Shown here in pieces: positions 19,209-30,118 of a stretch of 64,000 nucleotides of DNA. A program made the translations under genes and the position numbers. The notes beneath the pieces were generated by a model, which made no database searches, had not been told where the DNA came from, and saw only the letters and a list, made by a program, of their open reading frames with translations. Position 1 is the stretch's first letter. Every line of letters begins with the position of its first letter. The stretch is from sequence record KJ019152.1; one strand, 5' to 3'.

Positions 19209-22200
19209 TTGCCCCTTAATAAGTTAGAGAATTTCATTAAGAATACGGATGGACGTACTCTGTATGTTAATCCAAACGATCTTAATGCTACTGATAGTAT
19301 TACAAACCAAGGCACTTCCCTTACAGAACCCTTCAGAACTATTCAGAGGGCGTTAATTGAGAGCGCGCGTTTCTCATATGTGCGTGGTGATGATAATGAT
19401 CTCATCGAGAGAACCACCATCATGGTGTATCCCGGTGAGCATCCTATCGATAACCGTCCTGGTTTCGGTATTAAGACAGTAGGTAATAGTCCGGTAGCGG
19501 TAACTCCTTCAGGTGAATTGATTGATCCGTTCCAAGCATTTAACCTGACTGATGCTAGTAACTTTGATATTGAGTCTAGTAATAACGTTCTCTATAGATT
19601 TAACAGTATCCACGGTGGTGTGATTGTTCCCCGTGGTACTTCTATCGTGGGTATGGACCTACGTAAGACAAAGATTCGTCCGATATATGTTCCCAACCCC
19701 ACTGATGATTCAGTAGATTACTCAGCGATCTTCCGTATCACAGGTACTTGCTACTTCTGGCAGTTCACCATCTTCGATGGTAATGAGAATGGTGTAGTAT
19801 TCACTGATCCAAGAGATTTCTCTGAGAATAACCAGTCCAGACCCACTTTCTCACACCACAAACTAACAGCATTTGAATACGCTGATGGTGTTAACCCAGC
19901 GGTAGAATCAGGGTTTGAACTTACTGACCTTGCTATGTATTATAGTAAGTTGTCTAACGCATATAATGAAGCATCTGGTCGTCCTATTGATGAGAAGTAT
20001 CCATCAGATCCTGGTGGTTTTTCACCACAACGTCCTGAGTTTGAGATTGTTGGTGCATTCGCAACTGACCCAATCAATATCACTCGTTTAATCTCTGGTG
20101 ATGGTTTTGTCCCTGATGCTGTCATCACAGTAGATACACAGGTCCCACATGAACTAAACACTGGAACACCAATTAAGATTCGTGGTGTTGCTATCAGTGA
20201 CTATAATATCTCTACAAAAGTATCTGCAGTTCTTAGTCCTACTAGGTTTACGTATAACCTATCATTCGTAAGACCTAACCTACCAGCAGAACCTTCAGTA
20301 TCCTCTGCAACTGTAACCGTTGAGACTGATACTGTAACAGGTGCTTCACCATACATCTTTAACTGTTCGATGAGATCAGTTTGGGGTATCAATGGAATGC
20401 ACGCCGATGGTGCCAAAGCAACTGGATTCCGTTCCATGGTTGTTGCTCAGTTCACCGCGATCTCCCTTCAAAAAGATGATAGATCCTTCGTTACTTATAA
20501 TAAACAGGCACGTAGATACGATGGTATCAATGTCAATAAGACTGTAAGGGGTGCTGAACTATCTGCACAGTCATCTTCTACCAACTCAGCAACTGTATAC
20601 CACCTAGATCCTGACGCTATCTATCGTCCTGACTGGGGTACAACTCACATCAAGATGAGTAATGATGCAGTCATTCAGATTGTGTCTGTATTCGCTATTG
20701 GTTTCAATCAACACTTTGCTTCTATTGGTGGAGCTGATGCATCAATCACAAACTCTAACTCCAACTTTGGTCAGTTTGCACTGAAAGCTGATGGATTCAA
20801 GAATGATGCTTTCCTCAAAGATGATAAAGGTTTCCTAACATCATTTGTTTCTCCTAAGAGTGCGTATAACCCAGAAACTGATGATATTGAGATCATTGAC
20901 TGGATCAACATTGACTTTGATCTAACTCGTAGTATTGCCTTTGCTAATCAACTCTATCTAACTGGTTATACTAACGCGGAAGATAAACCACCAGTAGTTA
21001 ATCAGGGTTTCCGAATTGGTGCCAACTACAAAGAGAGTCTCATTCAGAGAACAACAGTTGGTGCTGGTGCAGATGTAACCTCATCAGTAAGAATGTGTGA
21101 TAATATTCTCGGTCCTGGTAACAATCAAGCCAATGGTAGTAGTGTTGCTAGGAAAGTATATCAAGTTCTAGCAGGACCTATCAACAATACCCTCTCACTG
21201 GGTGTTCATGGACTACTTAATGGTGAGAGTGTAAGAGTATTCTCATCAACAGGTGACCTACCTGAGAACCTAGAAAGAGGTGCCCTATACTACGCAAATG
21301 TGGTTGATGGTGAGAATATTCGTATTGCTACTTCCGAGTCTAATGCACTCAACAACATCTTCCTCAACATCTATGGTGGTGTTGAACTTCGTGTTGAGTC
21401 TAGAGTTAATGATAAGGAAGCAGGTGAAAGAGGTCATCCCGTTCAGTATGACTACACTAACCAGAACTGGTTTGTTCATACTGATGCCAATAGTGATATC
21501 TATCAGTATATTGTAGCCAACCCAACCTCTACAGATGGTATTGACTTTGTATCCATATTCAAGAGATTTGGTGATAACAGGGCACTAGAAGACAAACTAT
21601 ATCGCCTCAGGTATGTTATTCCTAAGGAGTCAAGGAACGCAAAACCACCTACCCCTGGTTATGTTCTACAAGCATCAGCAACAACAGGTGCTAGGAATAA
21701 CGATGACTTTATCCTACAGGATATTGGTATCAATGACTATGAATATAACAGAAACCCACGTTATGTTGTAAGTTGTACTGTTATTGCTAATGAAGTTGAG
21801 GTTCGTAGTGAGATTCCACACAACTTGAATGTTGGTGATAAGATTAAAATAGTGAATGTTGCCAGTACAAATAACACTGGCGCATCACAAATCAAAGGTT
21901 TCAATGGTGAGTTCCTAGTTACTAGAGTTATCAACTCTCGTGAGTTTAGGTATGATATTACTGATGTAAATGGTTTTAGTAGAAATCCTGGTACCTTTAC
22001 CAACAACATCAATGAAAGAAACATTCTTCTACCTCGTTTTGAGAGAAAGGATCTACAGAGTAATGTATTCGTATATCGTATTGAAACTATCACTGATTTC
22101 CTAGAAGGTGAGAGAGATGGTATCTACCATTTATTCCTTCTTAATGGTTCTAACCCAGTAACAGAGACATTCACTGATATCCAATACAATCAACCTGTGG

Positions 22201-25076
22201 AAGATTTATATCCACAGATGGATCCTGATAACCTTATTCAGAACCCCCCTGCAACCACAACGTTTGCTAAGAGGGCACCCCTAGGTGATGTTACTATTGA
22301 TGAACAACAGAACTCCATTACTAAAGAGTCTGTTGATAAAATATACAAGACACTTAATGTTGGTATCATTGAGACTGCTACTGATGGCACTGTTGGTGCT
22401 GGTGGAACACGTACAACCACACTAACATTCCAAAGAGAGCACGAGTTCAACTCTGTGTATAGTTACACCACACTAGTTGGTGGTGGTGGATATACTGATG
22501 GTACTTTCTATGATGTTAAACTACTCAGTGAGTTTGGCACAGTATGGGGAGGTGCTTCTGCTGTTGTTACTGTTACTGCTGGTACAGTTACCGCAGTTAC
22601 TATCATGGATCCTGGTTCAGGTTATTCTGCAGGTCAGACACTATTCATCGATGGAACTACAATTGGTGGTGGTACTAACGCTACTATTAGTATTACTCAG
22701 GCAGACTTAGAGGATAACAAGCATAGTATCCTACAGATTTCTGGTGGTGCTTTGTATAACCCAGATTCATATGTAGTGATGACCAGTGTTGAGGATCAGT
22801 CTTCAGTTGGTGTTGCTAGAACTTCTGGAAGTCCTGCTATTATTCCTGGTATGTACGCATATCCAGCAGATAGTGGAACAGGTATTTCTTCAACTACATA
22901 TAACTCCGATACAGGTTTAACAACACTAGTATCTACAGGTAGTGCTGGTTTTGGTCTTCAGAGAGGTAACACTTTCGTTGTATTCAGTGATAACTATAGT
23001 TATCTTGGTAAGTTCTTTGTATCTAACGTTCCAACTCCTGACACTTTGGAGTTCTACTCATACAGAGATCTTGGAACTGTATCTATTGTAGGTAAGACAG
23101 GTTTAGATGTAAATGATGCTAACACTGGTTCCTTAGGTGAGAACGTGGGTGTTAGAGCTACACCACTATATGATAACGGTGTATTCTATCTTGAACAGTC
23201 TTCAGGTACTGGAACACAACTAACAGTTAGGGCTGAAGATGGTGGTGTGGCTGGTAATGTAGACTCTAAGATGTACCTAGGAAGATACTTCCAAATGGGT
23301 TCTGAGATTATCAGAGTTGCTAGTAAGAACTTTGATGGAGCCAATAACAATATCGTAACTGTTATCCGTGGTGCTCTTGGTACCGTTGTTAGCAACCTTC
23401 CCATTAATACTAAGGTGAAGGCAATCAGACCTTCCGCACTAGAACTTAGAAGACCTTCTATTCTACGTGCCTCAGGTCACACCTTTGAATATCTTGGTTA
23501 TGGTCCTGGTAACTATTCCACTTCATTACCACAACTACAGGTTAAGCAACTCCCAGATGATGAAATTTACCTAGTACAGGCTCAGGAACTATCCTGTGGT
23601 CAGGTTGTTTATACTGGTATGAGTGATAATGGTGACTTCTATATCGGTAATACCAAGTATTCCGCAACCTCAGGAACACAATCAACCTTTGATGTTCCCA
23701 TCCCAACTGTTGCTGGTCAACCAGGTAGTTCTAATAATGTTGTGTTTGATGAAGTTATCATCAACCGTCGTCTATTCGTATCTGGTGGTGAAACTAATGA
23801 GGTTCAGTCACAGTTTGATGGTCCTGTTAAGTTTACCCAGTCTGTTACTATTCAGAACAATCTTTTCGTAACTGGTACAACTCAACTCAATAGAATTGAG
23901 ATCACCAGTACAGAGAACGCAACCAGTTCTGCTAATGGTGGAGCACTAACTATCAGAGGTGGTGCTGCTATTGGTAAAGACTTCTATGTTGGTGGTGAAA
24001 TGTACACCAACGCATATCAAATAGAAGATACAAGTGCAGTTCTTGAAATTGGTACTAACCAGTCATCTAAGGATATCTCTGTTGGTGGTTCAACTGATAC
24101 AGATAGAGTTGTTTTTAATACAACTAAACTAGCAACAGGTGAAGGTGCTGAAGAGGTAGTTAACGCAGACGCTGGTGTTGTTGTTGAGGGTGGATTAGTT
24201 GTTCGTGATGTTATTATCGCGAAAGAGTTTAGAGGTGCTGGAACTGGTGGTGGTCCTGGTACTATCCTACTCTGGGGTGGTTCTACTAGTGCTCTCCCTG
24301 ACAGATATCTACTCTGCAACGGAGCTACTCTCAATAAAAACACATATAACAAACTATTCGAAGCCATTGGTTATATCCATGGTGGTAGTGGTAATAGTTT
24401 TAAGTTACCAGATTTGAGAAATAGGTTTATCCCTGGTGCTGGTAGTTCTTATGCGGTAGCTGCAAAAGGTGGGGATGATTCAGTTGTACTAACTGAAACG
24501 CAGATGCCACGCCACACGCACTCAACTTCAGCAGTCAACGCACCACATACTCACCCAGTATCGTTTACTAGTGGAGCGGCAAATGCACCACATAAACACC
24601 CAGCTGGCACAGGTGGCGGTGGAAATCATAACCACCCATCAGGTGGCACAGGTGGTGGTGGTAATCACAATCACCCATCAGGTGGCTCTAACAATACAGG
24701 CAACCATGGACACCCGTATAGTGCTCCGGGGCAATCCAAAACTGATGTTGCTAATTCTAACGAGAAGAATGTAACTAGCAACGTCAATGCCTCAGGTGCA
24801 GGAACCGGTGGTGGTGGAGCACACTCCCACTCTGTTTCAGTTAACAGTACATCCTCAGCTCATAATCACCCAGTAAGTGTCAACTCTGGATCTTCAGCTC
24901 ATAATCACCCTGTTAGTGTTAATTCAGCTAATGCACCACATTCCCACCCAATTAGTGGTAATGCAGGTTCTGCAAACGCACCTCACGTTCACCCAATTGG
25001 TAATACTGGTGGTACTGCTTCCTTTGACAATAGACCCAAATACTACGCTCTCTGCTATATTATCCAATCAGAGTGA
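19209..25076 (+). CDS. Large virion structural/tail fibre protein with collar domain and HxH needle
   Basis: MPLNKLENFIK start; C-terminal collar (LLCNG..YNKLFEAIG..FKLPDLR); 11 HxH motifs; RPKYYALCYII end. Confidence 0.85.
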   Translation: MPLNKLENFIKNTDGRTLYVNPNDLNATDSITNQGTSLTEPFRTIQRALIESARFSYVRGDDNDLIERTTIMVYPGEHPIDNRPGFGIKTVGNSPVAVTPSGELIDPFQAFNLTDASNFDIESSNNVLYRFNSIHGGVIVPRGTSIVGMDLRKTKIRPIYVPNPTDDSVDYSAIFRITGTCYFWQFTIFDGNENGVVFTDPRDFSENNQSRPTFSHHKLTAFEYADGVNPAVESGFELTDLAMYYSKLSNAYNEASGRPIDEKYPSDPGGFSPQRPEFEIVGAFATDPINITRLISGDGFVPDAVITVDTQVPHELNTGTPIKIRGVAISDYNISTKVSAVLSPTRFTYNLSFVRPNLPAEPSVSSATVTVETDTVTGASPYIFNCSMRSVWGINGMHADGAKATGFRSMVVAQFTAISLQKDDRSFVTYNKQARRYDGINVNKTVRGAELSAQSSSTNSATVYHLDPDAIYRPDWGTTHIKMSNDAVIQIVSVFAIGFNQHFASIGGADASITNSNSNFGQFALKADGFKNDAFLKDDKGFLTSFVSPKSAYNPETDDIEIIDWINIDFDLTRSIAFANQLYLTGYTNAEDKPPVVNQGFRIGANYKESLIQRTTVGAGADVTSSVRMCDNILGPGNNQANGSSVARKVYQVLAGPINNTLSLGVHGLLNGESVRVFSSTGDLPENLERGALYYANVVDGENIRIATSESNALNNIFLNIYGGVELRVESRVNDKEAGERGHPVQYDYTNQNWFVHTDANSDIYQYIVANPTSTDGIDFVSIFKRFGDNRALEDKLYRLRYVIPKESRNAKPPTPGYVLQASATTGARNNDDFILQDIGINDYEYNRNPRYVVSCTVIANEVEVRSEIPHNLNVGDKIKIVNVASTNNTGASQIKGFNGEFLVTRVINSREFRYDITDVNGFSRNPGTFTNNINERNILLPRFERKDLQSNVFVYRIETITDFLEGERDGIYHLFLLNGSNPVTETFTDIQYNQPVEDLYPQMDPDNLIQNPPATTTFAKRAPLGDVTIDEQQNSITKESVDKIYKTLNVGIIETATDGTVGAGGTRTTTLTFQREHEFNSVYSYTTLVGGGGYTDGTFYDVKLLSEFGTVWGGASAVVTVTAGTVTAVTIMDPGSGYSAGQTLFIDGTTIGGGTNATISITQADLEDNKHSILQISGGALYNPDSYVVMTSVEDQSSVGVARTSGSPAIIPGMYAYPADSGTGISSTTYNSDTGLTTLVSTGSAGFGLQRGNTFVVFSDNYSYLGKFFVSNVPTPDTLEFYSYRDLGTVSIVGKTGLDVNDANTGSLGENVGVRATPLYDNGVFYLEQSSGTGTQLTVRAEDGGVAGNVDSKMYLGRYFQMGSEIIRVASKNFDGANNNIVTVIRGALGTVVSNLPINTKVKAIRPSALELRRPSILRASGHTFEYLGYGPGNYSTSLPQLQVKQLPDDEIYLVQAQELSCGQVVYTGMSDNGDFYIGNTKYSATSGTQSTFDVPIPTVAGQPGSSNNVVFDEVIINRRLFVSGGETNEVQSQFDGPVKFTQSVTIQNNLFVTGTTQLNRIEITSTENATSSANGGALTIRGGAAIGKDFYVGGEMYTNAYQIEDTSAVLEIGTNQSSKDISVGGSTDTDRVVFNTTKLATGEGAEEVVNADAGVVVEGGLVVRDVIIAKEFRGAGTGGGPGTILLWGGSTSALPDRYLLCNGATLNKNTYNKLFEAIGYIHGGSGNSFKLPDLRNRFIPGAGSSYAVAAKGGDDSVVLTETQMPRHTHSTSAVNAPHTHPVSFTSGAANAPHKHPAGTGGGGNHNHPSGGTGGGGNHNHPSGGSNNTGNHGHPYSAPGQSKTDVANSNEKNVTSNVNASGAGTGGGGAHSHSVSVNSTSSAHNHPVSVNSGSSAHNHPVSVNSANAPHSHPISGNAGSANAPHVHPIGNTGGTASFDNRPKYYALCYIIQSE

Positions 25077-25118
25077 TGGTATAAATATCTATAAGGTACT
25101 CTAACCATTTTATAGATA

Positions 25119-27227
25119 ATGGCGAATTTTAATAAGGCGTTTAACTTTAGAGGTGGCTTCCAAGTTGATGAAGACACCTTTTTGGTGCGCGGTTCTAACG
25201 TTGGTATCGGATCTTCTGTTCCATCAGAAAGACTAGATGTTGACGGTGTTATTAAAGCTCGCGGTTTAATTATTGACTCCACTGATGTTGTTGCCATTAC
25301 TACCGCATATGTTGGTGTTGTAAGTGCAACTGAGGTTCAATCCGGTATATTCACTGGAACTCCAAAAAATGGTGGTATTGCTACTTACTATGGTGATGGA
25401 TCACAACTAATCAATCTCCCCACATCTCAGTGGGTTGATATTGATGTAGGATTAGGCTTCACTAGTATCTACGCAGCTGGAAATGTTGGTGTTGATACTG
25501 TAGATCCTAGGTATAAGTTTCAGGTCGGTGGAGTTCCTTTCAAAACCAAAACTGGTCCCCTCTTACAAGCACAAGATGGTGTAGGTGTTGAGGATGGTAA
25601 CATTTATTTCTCTGGTATTGCCTCTGCCAGATTCAAACCCGGTCTAGAAAAGCAGGGTTTTGTGGGTTATGGTTCATATATTAATACATTAAATGCAGCT
25701 GAACTCACCACTGGTGATATTCCTTCATATGCATATGGTGATCTTATTATCACCGAAGAAATTATAGCACCTAAACTAACAGGTATTGCATCAACTGCTA
25801 TCGGTGTTACAACTGATGCTCAGTTATCATTTGATACTGCAGTAGCAAACGAACTTAGAGCAAAGAATAGATTTATCAGTACAGAAGGTTATCTTCAGAT
25901 TGGTACTGATGAAGATGTTGCTGGTGTAGGTGATATTGAAGTAGTAAAAGATACAGATAACTCCAACATCTATTCAATATCTAATACTCGAGCACAAATT
26001 CTGGTGGGTAATGAGAGACCCGGTGGATCTAATCGTGGTATTGGTGGAATAAGGAAGGGCACATTTACTAGTGATCCACTCACATCAGCCACTGATGTAG
26101 ATTTGGTTAACTATGATGTCGGTAACCTAAACTTCTATCTCCATAACGGATCTGGTGGTCAGGGTGCAACAACTGGTAAGTTCCGTTGGATATATGGCCA
26201 GAGAGATATTTCAGTTATGGAGCTGGATAAAGATGGTCAATTAGTTCTACCTGATAATGTAGTGGTTACAGGTCCACTCCTAAGTGTTGGTGGAAGTGCA
26301 TATCTCAAGAATGGTGCTCAGTTAGATGGTGATCTAAATGTTACATCAGGTATTGGTTCTTTCGCTAATGATGTTAATATCTTTGGAGAACTCAGTGTAG
26401 GTAGTATCTCAATATCTGGTGTTGTTACATTTAGTGGTATTGACACAGATATCCTAACTGTAGGATCAGACACAGTTATTCAATCTGGCATTGCAACCAT
26501 TGCAAGAATTATGGTTGTTAATGATACAACCAATTCAGTAGATATCGATGGTTCTCTTGAGTCATCAACATTAGTAACAACTAACGCTAGTTCTTCCACA
26601 TTAGTATTCTCACAGAGTTTAACAGGACCGAATGGTTTCACAGTATCATCTGATGGTAGTGTAACAGCCTCTAGTGTGGATGTATCAGGTAATATAGGTG
26701 CTGGTGGGACTTTTGAAGGTGTTGATATTGTTACAAACACCGGAAGCATCAACGACCTCACTGTTAGTGAATTAATCGGATCTAAAGTCGATGTTAGTGA
26801 GGTCGAAACTGATAGTCTCAATGTAGCAAACTCATCCACAGTTAATGACCTAAGTGCTACTAGTATTGAGACCACATCCATTCAGGCAGACACCACTGAT
26901 TTCAATGCCATGGAAGCAACTGCCGCAAGTGTGGATAGTTTAGGTTCTAAGAGTGGATCAAAAGTAGATATATCTGATGATCTAGACTTACAGAACAACG
27001 ATATCGATGGAGTTAATGAGATAAACGTTGAGAACCTCAACGCAAACGATAGGGTTTCTAGCTCCTTTGGGCGCTATGGTATTACTAACAACAACTACGT
27101 TTCTATTGATTATGGGGACAGAGGTTTCGGTAGTCAAGATCTTCCAGCTATTACTTTCGAGGTGTTTGATGATAACAACGTTTCCCTAGGACAGACATAC
27201 TTCAAACTATATACCCCTGTCCCCTGA
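25119..27227 (+). CDS. Tail fibre-like structural protein
   Basis: MANFNKAFNFRGGFQVD; NVGIGSSVP and NVGVDT fibre repeats; late promoter at 25080. Confidence 0.7.
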   Translation: MANFNKAFNFRGGFQVDEDTFLVRGSNVGIGSSVPSERLDVDGVIKARGLIIDSTDVVAITTAYVGVVSATEVQSGIFTGTPKNGGIATYYGDGSQLINLPTSQWVDIDVGLGFTSIYAAGNVGVDTVDPRYKFQVGGVPFKTKTGPLLQAQDGVGVEDGNIYFSGIASARFKPGLEKQGFVGYGSYINTLNAAELTTGDIPSYAYGDLIITEEIIAPKLTGIASTAIGVTTDAQLSFDTAVANELRAKNRFISTEGYLQIGTDEDVAGVGDIEVVKDTDNSNIYSISNTRAQILVGNERPGGSNRGIGGIRKGTFTSDPLTSATDVDLVNYDVGNLNFYLHNGSGGQGATTGKFRWIYGQRDISVMELDKDGQLVLPDNVVVTGPLLSVGGSAYLKNGAQLDGDLNVTSGIGSFANDVNIFGELSVGSISISGVVTFSGIDTDILTVGSDTVIQSGIATIARIMVVNDTTNSVDIDGSLESSTLVTTNASSSTLVFSQSLTGPNGFTVSSDGSVTASSVDVSGNIGAGGTFEGVDIVTNTGSINDLTVSELIGSKVDVSEVETDSLNVANSSTVNDLSATSIETTSIQADTTDFNAMEATAASVDSLGSKSGSKVDISDDLDLQNNDIDGVNEINVENLNANDRVSSSFGRYGITNNNYVSIDYGDRGFGSQDLPAITFEVFDDNNVSLGQTYFKLYTPVP

Positions 27228-27234
27228 AGAATAA

Positions 27235-27293
27235 TGTGACAGTCGACAAACTGGCACAGGGGGGTTGGCAAACCCCCTTTTTTGTGCTATAAT
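27235..27293 (+). promoter_or_regulatory. Cassette 1: dyad + terminator-like hairpin + sigma70 promoter
   Basis: TGTGACAGTC-GACA-AACTGGCACA; TTGGCA-17-TATAAT; GGGGGGTT/AACCCCC hairpin with T6. Confidence 0.9.
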
Positions 27294-27326
27294 AACAGGG
27301 TAGTCAAACAGAGAGGTTGGGTTCTA

Positions 27327-27677
27327 GTGGGTTTCCTGAGGTCTCTGTTTGCTACTGCCTTGGTGGGTATTGTTGGTGTGGTGTCTCCCGCCGAGGCAAG
27401 TGTGGGTGGTAATATGTCCCCAGTCGTAGAGGGTATGTGTATAAAGTACACACCCTTTGGCAATCTGCCATGTAAGATTAGAGTAGATGATAGTAAAGAA
27501 TTAGTGTATATTACAGACGGATATAACACTATGACATATACCAAGCACCCATTCATACCATATGCGTGGACAATGTATGTGAATGAACAAAGAATATCTA
27601 ACATGTTATGCTCCCTAGATAAGTATAACTTCTCTTGTTTTACTTCAATCAATTTTGTTCCTGATTATGAAAACTAA
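27327..27677 (+). CDS. Exported hypothetical protein
   Basis: GTG start after GAGAGG; signal peptide ending AEA; 4 Cys. Confidence 0.6.
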   Translation: MGFLRSLFATALVGIVGVVSPAEASVGGNMSPVVEGMCIKYTPFGNLPCKIRVDDSKELVYITDGYNTMTYTKHPFIPYAWTMYVNEQRISNMLCSLDKYNFSCFTSINFVPDYEN

Positions 27678-27999
27678 ATCATTGATGCTCACCAGTTTGA
27701 TGGTGGCAACGATAACCGCATCACCTGTCATGGCGTACGGATATCGCCAACCATACTATCAACAACCCCCAGTTGTTATTCAACAGCCAGCACCTGTTAT
27801 CATTCAACAACCAAGACCAAGTACCCTAGAAACTGTTTTGGGTATTGCAGTTATTGGTGCAGGTTTATACTGGAATAGTCCAGCATATCAGAACGATCAT
27901 GGATATTATAATGGAAATAGAAACCACCATCACAACCAATACCAAGGTGGCAAAACATATGTAATTTGTAATGATTACGGACGGAGGTATTACTGCTGA
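27667..27999 (+). CDS. Hypothetical protein with signal peptide and Gln/Pro repeats
   Basis: MKTKSLMLTSL..VMA; PVVIQQPAPVIIQQP. Confidence 0.6.
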   Translation: MKTKSLMLTSLMVATITASPVMAYGYRQPYYQQPPVVIQQPAPVIIQQPRPSTLETVLGIAVIGAGLYWNSPAYQNDHGYYNGNRNHHHNQYQGGKTYVICNDYGRRYYC

Positions 28000-28208
28000 T
28001 GGATTTTGTGGCATTTATGATTGATAAGGAAAACGCCTTATCACTGATACAATCACTTCACGAATCTGCCGATAAGTGTAGTAAAGATGGAAGACGAATT
28101 ATGGAAGCAAACTATACCAAACTAGCAGACATGATGATGGAACAATACCTAGTATCAGAGAGTATCCACAGGAAGAGAAAAAGAAATAACGGAGATTATA
28201 TCGGCTAA
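27999..28208 (+). CDS. Hypothetical protein
   Basis: Translationally coupled ORF (TGATG). Confidence 0.5.
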   Translation: MDFVAFMIDKENALSLIQSLHESADKCSKDGRRIMEANYTKLADMMMEQYLVSESIHRKRKRNNGDYIG

Positions 28209-28780
28209 TGATTGACTATCTTACCATCCCTAATAGCTTATCAGACAAACTTTGTGACGACATCATTCACAAGTTTGACAGTGATGATAGAGTTGATTAT
28301 GGTAAAATTAATATGGGAGATGTTGATACTGAGGTCAAAAGATGTAAAGAGTTGTTCATATCAATCCTAGATAACTGGCGAGATCTTGACAATCAGGTAT
28401 TCAATGCGTCGGTGAAAGGGTTAAGTCAATACCGTGAGTACATTAATGAGTTATACGATGCCGATTATCTTCTAGGATCAGATAATTCTGATCAAGGTTA
28501 CCGGGTAAAGAGATACGATATTGGTGAAGATTACTTTCATTGGCATCATGATCTACGTATAGATGAAAACCGTAGGATGAGATCAGTTGCCTTCATATGG
28601 TATCTAAATGATGTGGAAGAGGGTGGTGAAACAGAATTTAGTAATGGTCTAAAGATACGTCCAGAGAAAGGTAAACTACTTCTATTTCCATCTACATGGA
28701 ACAACGTACACAGAGGGAATACACCAATAAGTAATACGAAGTATGCTATTACTAGTTTCCTCTATTCCTCCTACGATTAG
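28208..28780 (+). CDS. 2OG-Fe(II) oxygenase
   Basis: FHWHHD; FIWYLNDVEEGGETEF; LLFPSTWNNVHRG..KY. Confidence 0.92.
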   Translation: MIDYLTIPNSLSDKLCDDIIHKFDSDDRVDYGKINMGDVDTEVKRCKELFISILDNWRDLDNQVFNASVKGLSQYREYINELYDADYLLGSDNSDQGYRVKRYDIGEDYFHWHHDLRIDENRRMRSVAFIWYLNDVEEGGETEFSNGLKIRPEKGKLLLFPSTWNNVHRGNTPISNTKYAITSFLYSSYD

Positions 28781-28809
28781 GTGATATATACTAAGTATGG
28801 GATACTTCA

Positions 28810-29364
28810 GTGGCAAAGGGTTATCGAATCAGGGGAGACTTTATTGCAAGTCTCATTAAACAACACGACTGTAAGATTGGTTATGAAATTGGGGTATCCA
28901 ATGGTGCAACTTTTGGTAAGATCTTAAAGAAATGTGATAATATTGAGTGGCATGGTGTAGATCCATGGGTTGTATGTTCCGAGTATGATAAACGCCCCAA
29001 TGGTAAGGGTAAGTGGAATCATGATGCTAACTATGAGAAAGTTCAGGAGATTGTTAGTAAGTATCCAAAGCGTGCATATACCCACCGCATGACCTCTGTA
29101 GAGGCTGCAAAGGAGGTAGAGGATAGAAGTATTGATATTATCTTTATAGACGGTCTGCACACCTACGAGGGGGTGAAGGAAGATCTAGAGGCTTGGGTGC
29201 CAAAGATCAAAATAGGTGGTATAATCTCTGGACATGACTATAAAGGTATGAAGAGACATGAGGGTGTGACTATACGAGTGAATGAAGTATTTGGTGAAGA
29301 AAACATTACTACTGGTCCAGATGTGACCTGGTGGTTATACAAAACGGAGGAACACGATGACTGA
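28810..29364 (+). CDS. SAM-dependent methyltransferase (Methyltransf_24-like)
   Basis: YEIGVSNG, GVDPW, IDIIFIDGLHTYEGV, GGIISGHDY. Confidence 0.85.
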   Translation: MAKGYRIRGDFIASLIKQHDCKIGYEIGVSNGATFGKILKKCDNIEWHGVDPWVVCSEYDKRPNGKGKWNHDANYEKVQEIVSKYPKRAYTHRMTSVEAAKEVEDRSIDIIFIDGLHTYEGVKEDLEAWVPKIKIGGIISGHDYKGMKRHEGVTIRVNEVFGEENITTGPDVTWWLYKTEEHDD

Positions 29365-30118
29365 GGGTTATGTTGTTATTGCACTTGGCGATAAGTATGT
29401 TCAACTCGCCAAGAACTTTGAAGATACACTAAGACAAAACGGTGACAATCGTCCTGTTCATGTTGTAACTGAAGACATGATTGATAAGGATAATGATAAG
29501 TATAGGGACTGTGATGTTCCCAACGAAAGGTATAACTGCTACCCCAAACTTCACTTCAATGAGTATGCGATATTTGATCATAGTATCCTAATCGATGCCG
29601 ATGTTCTGTGCGTAGGTGATACCCAACACGTTTGGGATATGTGTAAAGAACAGGAACAGTTTATTCTTCACCGTGGGTGGGGACAAGTTACTAAATGGAA
29701 TAGAGAACTACAGAAGAAAGTGTGGGACGTTCATGGGTTCGTACCTCCTCGCATTCACGGAGCTTTCTGTTATCTAAGGAAGGCAGATATCAATGAAGAC
29801 TTCTTTGAATTTATCCAAAATAATGTGTGGTTTCAGTATACTGAATGGTGTACGGAAGATGTCAAAGCAAGACATCACAGGTTAAGTAGATCAGACCAGG
29901 TGATATATGCTATTGGTTATGGTAAGTTTGATCTCATGCCCTGTCAGTTAATGGAAGTCCCTATTATGACTCATATATTGACAGCGGCACACGTTAATCC
30001 TCCATACGATAGAATCACTTTTAAGGATCAAATTGGACCCGATTTACAACATCCAGTGGCATTTGCCCATATCGAACAACTATTTCAGGAGAGCACCCCA
30101 GAAAGTTTTCTAAGGTGA
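29357..30118 (+). CDS. GT-A fold glycosyltransferase (GT8-like)
   Basis: YPKLH..FDHSILIDADVL (DxD); SDQVIY motif. Confidence 0.7.
   Translation: MTEGYVVIALGDKYVQLAKNFEDTLRQNGDNRPVHVVTEDMIDKDNDKYRDCDVPNERYNCYPKLHFNEYAIFDHSILIDADVLCVGDTQHVWDMCKEQEQFILHRGWGQVTKWNRELQKKVWDVHGFVPPRIHGAFCYLRKADINEDFFEFIQNNVWFQYTEWCTEDVKARHHRLSRSDQVIYAIGYGKFDLMPCQLMEVPIMTHILTAAHVNPPYDRITFKDQIGPDLQHPVAFAHIEQLFQESTPESFLR

Noticed and set aside
19209-27227. Diversity-generating retroelement acting on fibre tips
   Set aside because: No reverse transcriptase and no template/variable repeat pair differing at adenines was seen in this window.
27249-27270. TGGCAC as a sigma54 -24 box
   Set aside because: No TTGC at the required -12 spacing; cyanobacteria lack sigma54; a clear sigma70 -35/-10 pair follows.
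28208-30118. TET/JBP-type DNA hypermodification cluster as a firm call
   Set aside because: The oxygenase looks P4H-like and the MTase lacks C5-MTase motifs. It is kept only as an alternative hypothesis.
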